64,000 nucleotides of DNA from a virus (IMGVR_UViG_3300037466_001335:1-64000), one strand, 5' to 3'. Positions 17,901-27,064 are shown, counted from the first letter of the stretch. Made by a program: numbers and translations. Notes: generated from the sequence alone by a model not told the origin.

Positions 17901-18632
17901 ATGACTGTGCATCTTGAACACATGTCCGATGAGGATATTTTTGAAAAATTTAAATCTACAACACGTCAAAACATGAAGCAATACTATAGAAAGTACGCTG
18001 ACGACCAGACTATGTTGACTCGGCTGGACGTGGCAAAGGCAAAACTCCACGAATACAACTATATGCGTAAGTACGGGGCCAAGAAAGATATCCGGCAACG
18101 TGCAAACACCCTCTGGCAGAGTATGCTGTCTAGGTGCAACGAAGAACGTCAGCTTACACCTGATGGCGTGGCGTATACGGGCGTAACATATTCAGAAAAT
18201 TTTGGTAATTTTGAGTACTTTATGAACTGGTGCATAGGGCAAGTCGGCTTTACAGATAAAGACAGCAATGGATATTCCTTTGAACTTGATAAGGACATTG
18301 TATTGAGAGGAAATAAACAATACAACGAAAACGTTTGTGTCTTTGTTCCAAAAGGGATAAATTTTTTCTTTGTTACTCGTGGTCGTAGAAGTAGTGGATT
18401 ACCTGTAGGTGTGACGCGAGACAGGCATAGCGGAAAATATATCGCACAGATGAAATGCAAGGAGTTGGGAACTCAATACATAGGAAGTTTCGCAACACCA
18501 GAATCTGCAAGAGAAGCTTATAAAAAGTTCAGAAAAGATGCTGCAAATTCCCTTGCTGACAAATGGGAAGGTAAGCTTGACCCTCGCGTGATAATCTCTT
18601 TACGCAACTACGTTGAAAATAATGGAGATTAA
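17901..18632 (+). CDS. HNH-type homing endonuclease with AP2-like C-terminus
   Basis: WQSMLSRC, FEYFMNW, ELDKDI...CVFVPKGIN, LPVGVT...KYIAQ...YIGSF. Confidence 0.75.
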   Translation: MTVHLEHMSDEDIFEKFKSTTRQNMKQYYRKYADDQTMLTRLDVAKAKLHEYNYMRKYGAKKDIRQRANTLWQSMLSRCNEERQLTPDGVAYTGVTYSENFGNFEYFMNWCIGQVGFTDKDSNGYSFELDKDIVLRGNKQYNENVCVFVPKGINFFFVTRGRRSSGLPVGVTRDRHSGKYIAQMKCKELGTQYIGSFATPESAREAYKKFRKDAANSLADKWEGKLDPRVIISLRNYVENNGD

Positions 18633-19003
18633 CCTAATTTGCTAACGTCGCCGAGGTCAACAACAGGCGTATCCCTAAATTCCGGGCTAATGTTGTCAAA
18701 ATCTAACGCTGGAGCATCGTCATCCTCTTGTGCTGTGCTACCAGCACCTACCATACCCCGCAGCTTCACCTCTAGCAGAAGACGCTTCAACTCATCCTCA
18801 TTGACATCCTTAGCCGAATCCGTGTAGAACTTCAACAGCTTTTCAGCAGCGATCATACGCACACGCTCATCTTCACTATCAAGACCCCTCTCAAGCACTT
18901 CGATAGCCTTCTTACTAATCTTCTTAAGATCACGAACAAGTTTGGCAAGCTCATGTGTCTTCTTGAACACAGCTTGCTCTTTAGTTGGTACAAGTTCACC
19001 CAT
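18629..19003 (-). CDS. Terminase small subunit candidate
   Basis: First gene of the leftward unit leading to tRNAs and terL; helical, acidic tail; call is positional only. Confidence 0.4.
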   Translation of the reverse strand: MGELVPTKEQAVFKKTHELAKLVRDLKKISKKAIEVLERGLDSEDERVRMIAAEKLLKFYTDSAKDVNEDELKRLLLEVKLRGMVGAGSTAQEDDDAPALDFDNISPEFRDTPVVDLGDVSKLG

Positions 19004-19036
19004 GTGAACACCCTCCTTAAAATTCTTAACGAGCAA

Positions 19037-19104
19037 ATCTTAGCATATGAAAGATATCTTGTCAATTTTAGGGGCTTGACAGACAGAATTGTTGGGTGTA
19101 CTAT
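19037..19104. promoter_or_regulatory. Back-to-back sigma70 promoters
   Basis: Minus: TTGACA-N17-TAAGAT (19065-19037); plus: TTGACA-N17-TACTAT (19076-19104). Confidence 0.7.
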
Positions 19105-19148
19105 CCACATCACTTGCCTGTCGCAAGCAACCAAACAGGAGGATAAAA

Positions 19149-19306
19149 TGTTGAACGATGTTAAAGTGTACTTCCACGAAGATGGTAAACTTGTTAAATA
19201 CAATGTAGATAGGGTGGATTCTTACAGCGAAGCCATCTCGGTAATCCGCACACAAGTTTATGGCGTACCGCTTACGCGCGCAGTGATGGCCCTGGTGAAC
19301 AAATGA
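19149..19306 (+). CDS. Hypothetical protein
   Basis: GGAGG RBS, MLNDVKVYF start. Confidence 0.6.
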
Positions 19307-19473
19307 ACGACCTCGACCACATCCTGTACGAAGTGGAGCAACAAGAGCGCAACTTTGCTGACTTTGAAGACCTGCGCTTTGCAGAAATCTTCCTAACTGA
19401 CAAAGAAGCAAAAAGTAAGAAAATTGCGCTGCATGTAGGGCGTACCCGCAACAAATCTAAACAACAATCTTAA
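19303..19473 (+). CDS. Hypothetical protein
   Basis: Hand translation MNDLDHILYEVEQQ...; ATGA overlap with previous gene. Confidence 0.55.
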   Translation: MNDLDHILYEVEQQERNFADFEDLRFAEIFLTDKEAKSKKIALHVGRTRNKSKQQS

Positions 19474-19482
19474 GGAGAAACA

Positions 19483-19809
19483 ATGAGCGACATCATCTCA
19501 ACCGAAGTTAAAGAAGGTGCTACCGAGTACAAAACTATCGTCACCCCTAATTTCTACGAAATCGTAAACGAAGTGGTGAGCCACAAAGGATATGGCTGGG
19601 ACATCGATCCTGATCGTGAGCCATTCTTCAGCTTCATCATGTATGAAGTGTATCTTATCCGCAACGCTAATACAATTGCTAAAGCTAAGCAACAGCTTGA
19701 GTCTGCTGAGAGCGGACGTGACGTGATGACTAAAGAGAAACGTCAAGAAATCATGGCTAAGGCTCGTGCTGCTAAGAAGATTAATAAGGATGTGCAAGAT
19801 GAAGGTTAA
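19483..19809 (+). CDS. Hypothetical protein
   Basis: AAGGAG RBS, host-like codon usage. Confidence 0.7.
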   Translation: MSDIISTEVKEGATEYKTIVTPNFYEIVNEVVSHKGYGWDIDPDREPFFSFIMYEVYLIRNANTIAKAKQQLESAESGRDVMTKEKRQEIMAKARAAKKINKDVQDEG

Positions 19810-19999
19810 ATTTGCGAACGCGGAGGTGGATATTTGGAAGCTGCGCAAAGGTGTAGTACTAGAGTTTGCTTCTGAAATTGTGCATCTGTCCGGCGTAGTA
19901 AACCACGATAAAGGTATTGCGATCATGCTTTCATACTGGGACCATGCCGAGAAAATGTGCGAACCTTCCTATGTCACATGGCTTGAACCACATGATTGA
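19799..19999 (+). CDS. Hypothetical protein
   Basis: Overlaps end of previous gene; MKVKFANA start. Confidence 0.5.
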   Translation: MKVKFANAEVDIWKLRKGVVLEFASEIVHLSGVVNHDKGIAIMLSYWDHAEKMCEPSYVTWLEPHD

Positions 20000-20082
20000 C
20001 AGAAAGAAAGCCTAGTGCTATATTGGAGTGTCTAACATCGCTGTTGGGCATTCCTATTAACATTTTTACAAGAGGATAATTA

Positions 20083-20862
20083 ATGTCCAACAATGCTAAG
20101 CGTTTTACACGAAAGCAAAAGACGGGTGAAAAGCCTGTAGTTGAGGTGGTTGCAGGAGAGGTTGTTGTTCCCGTGCAACAAAAGCAACTTACCGTCAAAC
20201 CTGCTAATCCTCGGCAGAAAACTCTCCTTCAATATCTACAAGAAGGACGCCAAGTGGTGTTCGCCATTGGATCAGCGGGTACTGGCAAATCTTTCCTTGC
20301 TGCGTACCACGGCTCTGAACTTCTGCGAGCCAAGAAGATTGACAAGATTTTTCTTGTTCGTGCTAACGTTTCTACAGGTAAGAGTAACGGGGCATTGCCG
20401 GGCACTCTGGAAGAAAAACTGCTCCCGTTCTTCAAGCAGACGCTTGAGCATCTTGGCAAGTTTATGGGCAAAGGTTTCCTCGGCTACTGCTTGACGAGCA
20501 AGAAAGTGGAGATGCTGAGCGTTGAACACATTCGTGGCATGAGCATCGAGAACGCGCTTGTCATTGTGGAGGAAAGTCAGAATCTTACGAAGGAAGAACT
20601 TGAGGCCATTCTTACCCGTATTGGTGATGGATGTCAGCTTGTACTGACGGGCGACCAGAAGCAGAACGACTTGAAGGGTAAGAGCGGGCTGATGGAAACT
20701 GTGGACCTTATCGACTACGTTGTTGGAGAGATGCCTGACTACCTGAGTGACGAAGATTTGCAATGCATGGCACAAAACATCGGTGTTGTTACGTTCACAC
20801 CAGAAGATGTTGTTCGCTCTGGCCTGTGCCGAGCATTCGTCAAGATGTATTACCATAACTAA
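20083..20862 (+). CDS. phoH: PhoH-like ATPase
   Basis: GSAGTGKS, LPGTLEEK, IRGMS, IVEESQN, LTGDQKQND, DVVRSGL. Confidence 0.92.
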   Translation: MSNNAKRFTRKQKTGEKPVVEVVAGEVVVPVQQKQLTVKPANPRQKTLLQYLQEGRQVVFAIGSAGTGKSFLAAYHGSELLRAKKIDKIFLVRANVSTGKSNGALPGTLEEKLLPFFKQTLEHLGKFMGKGFLGYCLTSKKVEMLSVEHIRGMSIENALVIVEESQNLTKEELEAILTRIGDGCQLVLTGDQKQNDLKGKSGLMETVDLIDYVVGEMPDYLSDEDLQCMAQNIGVVTFTPEDVVRSGLCRAFVKMYYHN

Positions 20863-20872
20863 GGAGCAACAC

Positions 20873-21520
20873 ATGGACAAGAAACAAATGGTTCGCTACA
20901 ACGACGATAGCAACCAGTTCCCCATCAGCTTTGAGCCACATCGCTCTGGCACCTACAACATCTACCTGTTCGGCGCTATCGAATGTCCTACACAATTCAT
21001 CGGTGCTATTGAAGTGATGCGTATGGCTACTGAGAACGATACGATTGTTATCCACTTGCAGACCTGTGGCGGTTCTATTGACGCTACTGACACGTTCATC
21101 CAAGCTATGCGTGAATGCGAAGCACCTATCGTTGTACGGGCATCTGGTGGTGTGCACAGCGCTGGCACGCTGATTCTTCTGGAAGCTGACCACTTTACGC
21201 TGTCTGAGAATTTTAGCAGCCTTATCCACAATGGCTCCACTGGTGCAGCAGGTAAGTTCTCCGACTACAAGAGCGAAACAGCTTTCACTGCAAAGTGGTT
21301 TGAACGAGGTCTGCGCACAGCATACGAAGGATTTCTTACGGAAGACGAGATTGATGACGTAATTAAGGGTGTGGACATGTGGTTAGATGCTGACGAGTGG
21401 ATGCGTCGTGCACAAGCTCGTAATGAGTATGCAAAGCGCAAGATGGAAGAAGCTCAGCAACCTTCTAAGAAGCCTCGCACCAAGCGTATCAAGGCCGCGC
21501 AAGAACAACCTGTAGAATGA
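20873..21520 (+). CDS. ClpP-like protease subunit
   Basis: IHLQTCGGS, VHSAGTLI, LIHNGS motifs; AAGGAG RBS at MDKKQ. Confidence 0.8.
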   Translation: MDKKQMVRYNDDSNQFPISFEPHRSGTYNIYLFGAIECPTQFIGAIEVMRMATENDTIVIHLQTCGGSIDATDTFIQAMRECEAPIVVRASGGVHSAGTLILLEADHFTLSENFSSLIHNGSTGAAGKFSDYKSETAFTAKWFERGLRTAYEGFLTEDEIDDVIKGVDMWLDADEWMRRAQARNEYAKRKMEEAQQPSKKPRTKRIKAAQEQPVE

Positions 21521-21526
21521 TTTTTA

Positions 21527-21552
21527 GCCTCGCTTTGTGCGGGGCATTTTTA
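21527..21552 (+). terminator. Rho-independent terminator
   Basis: GCCUCGC/GCGGGGC stem then AUUUUUAUUU. Confidence 0.65.
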
Positions 21553-21624
21553 TTTGTAGAAAACGCTTGCATTCTTACGATAGGTAAGCTACTATAAAGC
21601 GTCAACACAAATTTAGGAGGGAAC

Positions 21625-21876
21625 ATGGAAATTAAACTTACGTACTTTAAACAGAGTGGCAAGTACTACACCTCTGGTAAGTACAACACAAACGTACCAC
21701 CTCACGATGTGGGTACAGATCGTGCTATTGCAAATATGTATGCCATCGCTGATGAGGTGGAGTCTATGCGTTCTGCCAACAAGCTTCCTGGTTTGAATCA
21801 CGGGGCGAGCTTTTTCATTCTGGTAGACTGTGAAGATGGCTTCCCTTGTCTGCTGCGTCCGGTGGGTGAGCAATGA
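21625..21876 (+). CDS. Hypothetical protein
   Basis: GGAGG RBS; LTYFKQSGKYYTSG motif; upstream TTGCAT-N17-TACTAT. Confidence 0.65.
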   Translation: MEIKLTYFKQSGKYYTSGKYNTNVPPHDVGTDRAIANMYAIADEVESMRSANKLPGLNHGASFFILVDCEDGFPCLLRPVGEQ

Positions 21877-22391
21877 ACTCCACATCCATCAGCCTTCTCA
21901 ACGGAGGACACTTCGACTACGAAGCACCTGAGCGTAGCCGTTACACCATTGAGGACATTGCTCGTGGGCTGTCCCACACAGCACGCTTCTCAGGGCAAAC
22001 AGATCGTGTCTACACTGTCGCACAACACAGCTACCTAGTAAGCAAGCTTGTACCGCCTGAACATGCCCTAGAAGGACTTCTGCACGATGGGACAGAGGCG
22101 TTCCTGTGCGACGTTCCTAGCCCCCTGAAACGTATGCTCCCAGGCTACATTGAGCTAGAGAGACGTGCAGAAGCTGACATGTGCAAGCGCTTTGGCATGA
22201 AGTTTCCCTTCCATCCAAGTATTAAGGAAGCTGACATTCGTGTCTTTCTTGCTGAACGTAGGGACATGCAGCCATGTGTCACAGAAGTTTGTTACAAGGG
22301 TTATGAGGCTTATCCTAATAAAATTATTGCATGGGATAGCCACATGAGCTATATTTACTTTATGCGCAGATTTAATGAATTGACAAAATAA
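21873..22391 (+). CDS. HD-domain phosphohydrolase (5'-deoxynucleotidase-like)
   Basis: RFSGQT...YTVAQHS...LLHDGTEA...DVPSPLK...ADIRVFLAE. Confidence 0.85.
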   Translation: MNSTSISLLNGGHFDYEAPERSRYTIEDIARGLSHTARFSGQTDRVYTVAQHSYLVSKLVPPEHALEGLLHDGTEAFLCDVPSPLKRMLPGYIELERRAEADMCKRFGMKFPFHPSIKEADIRVFLAERRDMQPCVTEVCYKGYEAYPNKIIAWDSHMSYIYFMRRFNELTK

Positions 22392-22400
22392 GGAGAACTA

Positions 22401-23387
22401 ATGATTGTATTAAGCTTGTTTGATGGTATGTCTTGTGGTCGTATTGCTCTTGAACGTGCAGGTATTGAAGTGACTAAATACTTTTCCAGTGAGATTGATA
22501 AGCACGCTATCAAAGTTAGCAAAGCTAATTGGAGTGATGTGATTCATATTGGGGATGTTACTAAGGTGCGTTTTGAGGGTGGTGTGCTGTACACAGAGAA
22601 TGGTGATTATGCCGTAGGCAACATTGATTTACTGATTGCAGGTAGTCCCTGTCAAGGTTTTTCAATGGCAGGCAAACAACTCGCTTTTGATGATGAACGA
22701 AGCATGTTGTATTTTGAGTTTGAGAGAATCAAAGATGAGGTCAATCCTTCTTACTTTTTGCTTGAGAACGTCAAAATGAAACAAGAATACAAGGATGTAA
22801 TCACTGAACGACTAGGGGTGCTTCCCGTCGCAGTCAACTCAAACCTTGTGTCTGCGCAAAATCGATATCGCATTTATTGGTCAAACTTACCGATTGAGCA
22901 GCCTAAAGATAAAGGAATCGTATTAAAGGATGTTCTAGAGACTCTAGTAGACACCAAGTATCTTATCAAAGGTGGTAGGCTGGAATGGTTGAATAAGTTT
23001 GGTGATGTCAAGGAGAAAGATGGGTATGTGGCTTTCAATCCAATTAAGGCTAAATGCTTGACGGTTCGGGCCGAACCGTCCTGGAACTGCACCTACATCG
23101 TACAATGGCCTCACGGTAGTAACTCTGGCGGGTTTCGAGCACTTGACGGTAAGACACCAGCACTTACCACGTCTGCTTGGGAGCACAACAATTTACTGCT
23201 GAAAGAGGGGACGGTAAGGAAGCTAACACCTGTGGAGTGTGAACGCCTACAAACCGTACCAGACAATTACACTGCTCATGTGTCAGATAGCCAACGGTAC
23301 AAGATGTTGGGAAACGGCTGGACAGTGGATGTTATCGCGCATATCTTTGAAGGTATTAAACAACAATCTGAAAAATTGGTTGCATAA
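22401..23387 (+). CDS. C5 cytosine DNA methyltransferase
   Basis: SLFDGMSCG, GSPCQGFS, ENV, QNRYRIYW, RKLTPVECERLQ, YKMLGNGW. Confidence 0.92.
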   Translation: MIVLSLFDGMSCGRIALERAGIEVTKYFSSEIDKHAIKVSKANWSDVIHIGDVTKVRFEGGVLYTENGDYAVGNIDLLIAGSPCQGFSMAGKQLAFDDERSMLYFEFERIKDEVNPSYFLLENVKMKQEYKDVITERLGVLPVAVNSNLVSAQNRYRIYWSNLPIEQPKDKGIVLKDVLETLVDTKYLIKGGRLEWLNKFGDVKEKDGYVAFNPIKAKCLTVRAEPSWNCTYIVQWPHGSNSGGFRALDGKTPALTTSAWEHNNLLLKEGTVRKLTPVECERLQTVPDNYTAHVSDSQRYKMLGNGWTVDVIAHIFEGIKQQSEKLVA

Positions 23388-23657
23388 GGAGCTTACAAAA
23401 TGAAAGATTTTCTGTATTGTGCCGCTGTTACGATTGTTATGCTGCTTGTTGGTATTGGGATTCTGCCGGATATGGTGGATGTATGAATTTCTATGTCATG
23501 TGTTTCATCTGCGGGTATATGATTGGGCAGACGTTTATTTATTGGTATTGTTAAGGAGGGTGTATGAAGATTTATGTTGTAATTGTAAAAGATGGCTCAG
23601 ACACTTGGGCTGCTTGTGATTGGGCACCGTTTACTATTGCGCTTGTAGGAGGGTGAT

Positions 23658-23927
23658 GTGGCAAGGAAGACAACACAAGAAGAAATTGACGAGGCAAATC
23701 GACTTCGTGCTGAAGGATTCACTATGGAGGATGTTGCTGAGCGCCTTGGCAGGTCAACACCTTGGGTGTACAAACACACAGACAACACGGGTAAACGAGG
23801 TAAGACTGAGCACCTGACTCTGAAGCAGATTACAGTTGAGGAGAATAAGAAGCTGAAAGATGCTAAGAAGAAGCTTAGAGAAGTTACTTGCATTCCAGTT
23901 GTTTATGGAGGATATAACACAGTATGA
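23658..23927 (+). CDS. HTH DNA-binding protein
   Basis: LRAEGFTMEDVAERLGRSTPWV helix-turn-helix. Confidence 0.7.
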   Translation: MARKTTQEEIDEANRLRAEGFTMEDVAERLGRSTPWVYKHTDNTGKRGKTEHLTLKQITVEENKKLKDAKKKLREVTCIPVVYGGYNTV

Positions 23928-24115
23928 CTAACGACATCATACGTTACGAGGTGAATGAACAAGGGGAGCTTCCTCTTTCTTATGGCAGGTATGTGAGGTT
24001 CGAGGATTATGAGGATAGGGTGCAGTGGCTTCTAGAGAAAGTTACGCGGCTTGAGACAAGATTGAGGGATTGTTACGATGATTACACTCACGAATACGAA
24101 TTTTGGGATATGTGA
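23924..24115 (+). CDS. Hypothetical protein
   Basis: ATGA-coupled small ORF. Confidence 0.55.
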   Translation: MTNDIIRYEVNEQGELPLSYGRYVRFEDYEDRVQWLLEKVTRLETRLRDCYDDYTHEYEFWDM

Positions 24116-24288
24116 TGGAGATTATTAAATATCATCGCAGAGATGGGAATATGGTTGTTGCAGAGGATGGCTTTTGGGTGAAGACTGATGATCATCTTGC
24201 CATTGTTGAGAAGCTGAAGGCGGAAATTGAAGAAGCTTACGAACGAGGGTTCTTCAATGGCGCTTGTACAGGATATGGGCAGGGCTGA
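24115..24288 (+). CDS. Hypothetical protein
   Basis: Coupled small ORF starting MEIIKY. Confidence 0.55.
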   Translation: MEIIKYHRRDGNMVVAEDGFWVKTDDHLAIVEKLKAEIEEAYERGFFNGACTGYGQG

Positions 24289-24359
24289 GTTGTAGCCGTC
24301 GCTCGCAGGCTCGCTAGGGGAAGCTCTGGTGGGCTTTATTTTGGTCTGGGTGCACAATG

Positions 24360-24388
24360 TTGACAAGATGCAATAACAATGCTATAAT
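24360..24388 (+). promoter_or_regulatory. Consensus extended -10 sigma70 promoter
   Basis: TTGACA-N17-TATAAT with TG at -15/-14. Confidence 0.8.
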
Positions 24389-24435
24389 TCTCCTACTGTA
24401 AACGTCGTCTAAGAATAACGAAAGTGAGAGATAAT

Positions 24436-24888
24436 ATGGATAAGATTTGTTTTGAGTGTGATGCGCCTGCAACAGAGGAACATCATGTGATTCCAGAGAG
24501 TCTAGGCGGTACACGAACAGTGCCGCTGTGCGGGCCTTGTCACAATCGAGTGCATGACGGAAACTGGAAGCGACGGGATAACCACTCTGAGCTTACAAAG
24601 GAAGGTCTGCGGAGAGCCAAGGCTCGTGGTGTTAAACTTGGAAATCATACTAATTCAGAGTATGCAAGAAATAAAGGCAGGGAGTCACTTATTGCGAAGT
24701 CTGATGCTTTTGCTTTGAAAATATATGAAATTATTTTACCTCTGAAAAATCAAGGTTGGGTTTTGGACAAGATAGCAGAATACCTCAATTCTGAAAATAT
24801 TGCAACAGCTAGAGGTGGTAAGTGGCACAATAAATCTGTTAGTAATGTATGGATGAGGGCAAAGAGGCTACTTGAAGAAAAAGCTTGA
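24436..24888 (+). CDS. HNH endonuclease fused to serine-recombinase arm and DNA-binding domain
   Basis: CFEC...EHHVIPESLGG...LCGPCHNRVH, then TKEGLRRAKARGVKLGN...IATARGGKW, which aligns with the C-terminal half of the next gene. Confidence 0.8.
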   Translation: MDKICFECDAPATEEHHVIPESLGGTRTVPLCGPCHNRVHDGNWKRRDNHSELTKEGLRRAKARGVKLGNHTNSEYARNKGRESLIAKSDAFALKIYEIILPLKNQGWVLDKIAEYLNSENIATARGGKWHNKSVSNVWMRAKRLLEEKA

Positions 24889-24913
24889 CGAGCCCTTTTT
24901 ATTTGTATATCAT
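24885..24913 (+). promoter_or_regulatory. Sigma70 promoter of the serine recombinase
   Basis: TTGACG-N17-TATCAT. Confidence 0.6.
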
Positions 24914-24943
24914 ACACATATCTAAACGTCTCTGGAGCAAATC

Positions 24944-25609
24944 GTGACTAAATCTTTCATCGGTGTGTGCCGCGTCTCCACCCGTGAACAGGGCCAGTCT
25001 AAGAACGGCCTTGAAAGCCAACGTGCTGAAATAGAACGCTGGGCGAAGCATCATGGGTACAACCTTGTTACGATCATGGATGAGGTGATTTCTGGCAGCA
25101 CCCCTCTGAAGGATCGCCCTGTGATGTCGGCTGCTCTGCTTCTTGCTAAGAAGATGAAGGCGCAAGTTGTGGTGACGAAGAGTGATCGATGCTCTCGTGA
25201 CTTCGACATCTCCCGCGAGTTGATGCAGAAGAAAAAGCAGGTTGTGGCAATTGATCTGGGGGAGGATGCAGACAGCTTTGTTGAAATCATCTTCTCTGGC
25301 CTTGCTGAGAAAGAGCGCAAGATGATTGGTCAGCGCACTAAGGCAGGCTTGGCTGCTGCTAAGGCTCGTGGTGTTGTGCTGGGTAATCGTACCAATCTTC
25401 CTGAAGCCAGAGAAAAAGCGGCTGCTGCCATCAAAGAGAAGGCTGACAGGTTCGCTGCTCGTGTGCGTCCACCTATCGAACGCATGGTTCATTGTGGGAT
25501 GACTTATGCGGAGATTGCTCAAGAGATGAACGAGCAGCACATTCCTACAGCGCGAGGTGGAGAGTGGAGTGCAACTAGCGTTTGTCGTATCGTTTCTAGA
25601 TGGAAATAA
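24944..25609 (+). CDS. Small serine recombinase (resolvase/invertase family) with C-terminal recombinase-type HTH
   Basis: CRVST (catalytic Ser), SG...RP, DRCSRD, ERKMIGQRTKAGL, IPTARGGEW. Confidence 0.92.
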   Translation: MTKSFIGVCRVSTREQGQSKNGLESQRAEIERWAKHHGYNLVTIMDEVISGSTPLKDRPVMSAALLLAKKMKAQVVVTKSDRCSRDFDISRELMQKKKQVVAIDLGEDADSFVEIIFSGLAEKERKMIGQRTKAGLAAAKARGVVLGNRTNLPEAREKAAAAIKEKADRFAARVRPPIERMVHCGMTYAEIAQEMNEQHIPTARGGEWSATSVCRIVSRWK

Positions 25610-25638
25610 TTTTAAAAATTTACTTTAAGTAACAAAGG

Positions 25639-25682
25639 TATCGTGTTGTTTTAAAAGAAATATCTGACAAATATCGTGTTGT
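25639..25682 (+). repeat. Two direct copies of TATCGTGTTGT, 33 bp apart
   Basis: Copies at 25639-25649 and 25672-25682. Confidence 0.85.
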
Positions 25683-25684
25683 GT

Positions 25685-25716
25685 GGGAGGGTGCTTTCGG
25701 GCATGCCTCCCTTTTT
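25685..25716 (+). terminator. Rho-independent terminator ending the plus-strand block
   Basis: GGGAGG...CCUCCC stem then UUUUU. Confidence 0.8.
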
Positions 25717-25899
25717 GCATTTTTGGGATATAAAATTTTCTGTGATGTGGCCCTCTTAAGGACGAAGGGAGGGGGTCAGGTCCAAAAGTATCGCTTAGGC
25801 AGGATCACGGTCTAACAGTGCCCAGGGAGGGCCATGATCGCACCCATCTAGGGTGAAAAATATCAATTCCGCCTCATCGACAAATCTATATGCCCGTTT

Positions 25900-26329
25900 T
25901 GATCTGTGTTTTAGGCACCCTGTAGACTACTCCAAGCACCCTCTTTCGCGTCGCACAGACAGGCCTACCAGCGCACGCTTGCCATCCTCTGCCCCTCATA
26001 CACCTGCACAATCCCCTCTCCATCGCCGCCTAGGCCCCTTCCTAGCCCTCCTATCCCCATTCTGCGCAGCTTCCCTGTCTCACCATCTCTGACCCCCTCT
26101 ATCGCGCTGTCCTGCTGCTGTCCTGTGCCCTTTCGCCTGGATAGGCGCTGCATATGTGCGTACACACTGTCGAAGACAGGCTTCTCGTAGAGATGACACT
26201 GCTACGGATAGCACTTTGGCAACACATAACCCGTTGGTTATGAATAATGTCTGTCACGGAATACCTCTCGTTGATGACAAGGGTTTTCGGATTTTGAGTC
26301 AGGGACGAGTTTTCGTCAAACACAGATCA
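25900..26329. repeat. 12-bp perfect inverted repeat pair
   Basis: TGATCTGTGTTT at 25900-25911 and AAACACAGATCA at 26318-26329. Confidence 0.8.
26261..26302 (+). repeat. Site A of a dispersed 42-bp direct repeat (partner at 44890-44931)
   Basis: ATACCTCTCGTTGATGACA-N9-GGATT-N5-TCAG. Confidence 0.75.
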
Positions 26330-26439
26330 CAGTCTATAATCTAGACCTAATAGCACATCGGATAGAATAGACGCCACTCTGTCCGCAATTAACTGTTATG
26401 GCACACTATACAGCAACACAAAAGCGCTCGCACAAATGG

Positions 26440-26466
26440 CAAAAGCCACCTATACGGTGGCCTGTT
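26440..26466 (-). terminator. Terminator ending the minus-strand early block
   Basis: GGCCACC-GUAUA-GGUGGCU then UUUG. Confidence 0.7.
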
Positions 26467-26485
26467 TAGTGTTGCTTTGCATTCG

Positions 26486-26683
26486 TCAATCGGCTATATA
26501 AGCTGCATATTCCTCATCGTATGGGTACGGTAGATACACAACACCATACACATAAGCACTCTTATTCAGATTGTTGATTGCCCTAATGTACTGCGGGAGT
26601 GTTGTCTTAGTCATGCTGTATTCTACAGTCTCTGTACCATCACGTAGATTCAAGCACACAATGCGACGATTAATTGATTGCAT
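26486..26683 (-). CDS. Hypothetical protein
   Basis: ORF track; GAGG RBS. Confidence 0.55.
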   Translation of the reverse strand: MQSINRRIVCLNLRDGTETVEYSMTKTTLPQYIRAINNLNKSAYVYGVVYLPYPYDEEYAAYIAD

Positions 26684-26821
26684 CTTCTAACCTCTCTTCT
26701 AAGTCTTGCACAATGTCACTATCCACACACTTACAATCAGGACACATACCAATACTCTTAGCGTGCATGCTCCATAGCGTTGCATCACACTCTTTGCATT
26801 TGTTGCTTACGTAGACGTAGC

Positions 26822-27064
26822 TCATTGCACCACCTCAAACAGTTGATTAATTTGTTCGCACGACAACATGTAGCCTTCATTCAGACGGGCAGTCTTAGCT
26901 CGCATAATCTTGATACCCTTGTCTTGCATATGCTTAGGATTGGTGACGGTGAAGACATCGCCAACTTTAACCTTGCAAGCACGTCCAGGACCTTCAAGCT
27001 TCATGCTGAATTCAACTTTAGCCACCAAGTTAGAGAACTGTTCGAGGATCATTTTTAGCTCCAT
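26822..27064 (-). CDS. Hypothetical protein
   Basis: Start refined to MELKMI. Confidence 0.55.
   Translation of the reverse strand: MELKMILEQFSNLVAKVEFSMKLEGPGRACKVKVGDVFTVTNPKHMQDKGIKIMRAKTARLNEGYMLSCEQINQLFEVVQ

Noticed and set aside
24944-25609. Integrase indicating a temperate lifestyle, or IS607 TnpA
   Set aside because: Too short for a large serine integrase, lacks the N-terminal MerR-type HTH of IS607 TnpA, and has no TnpB or repressor nearby
26268-26295. Bona fide hix/gix invertase site
   Set aside because: Only the right half is loosely similar, it is not a clear palindrome, and there is no inverted partner of 26 bp
25853-26344. Short ORFs in the skewed gap (79, 66, 74 and 62 aa)
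   Set aside because: No RBS or promoter context, composition follows the nucleotide skew, and they lie between two terminators
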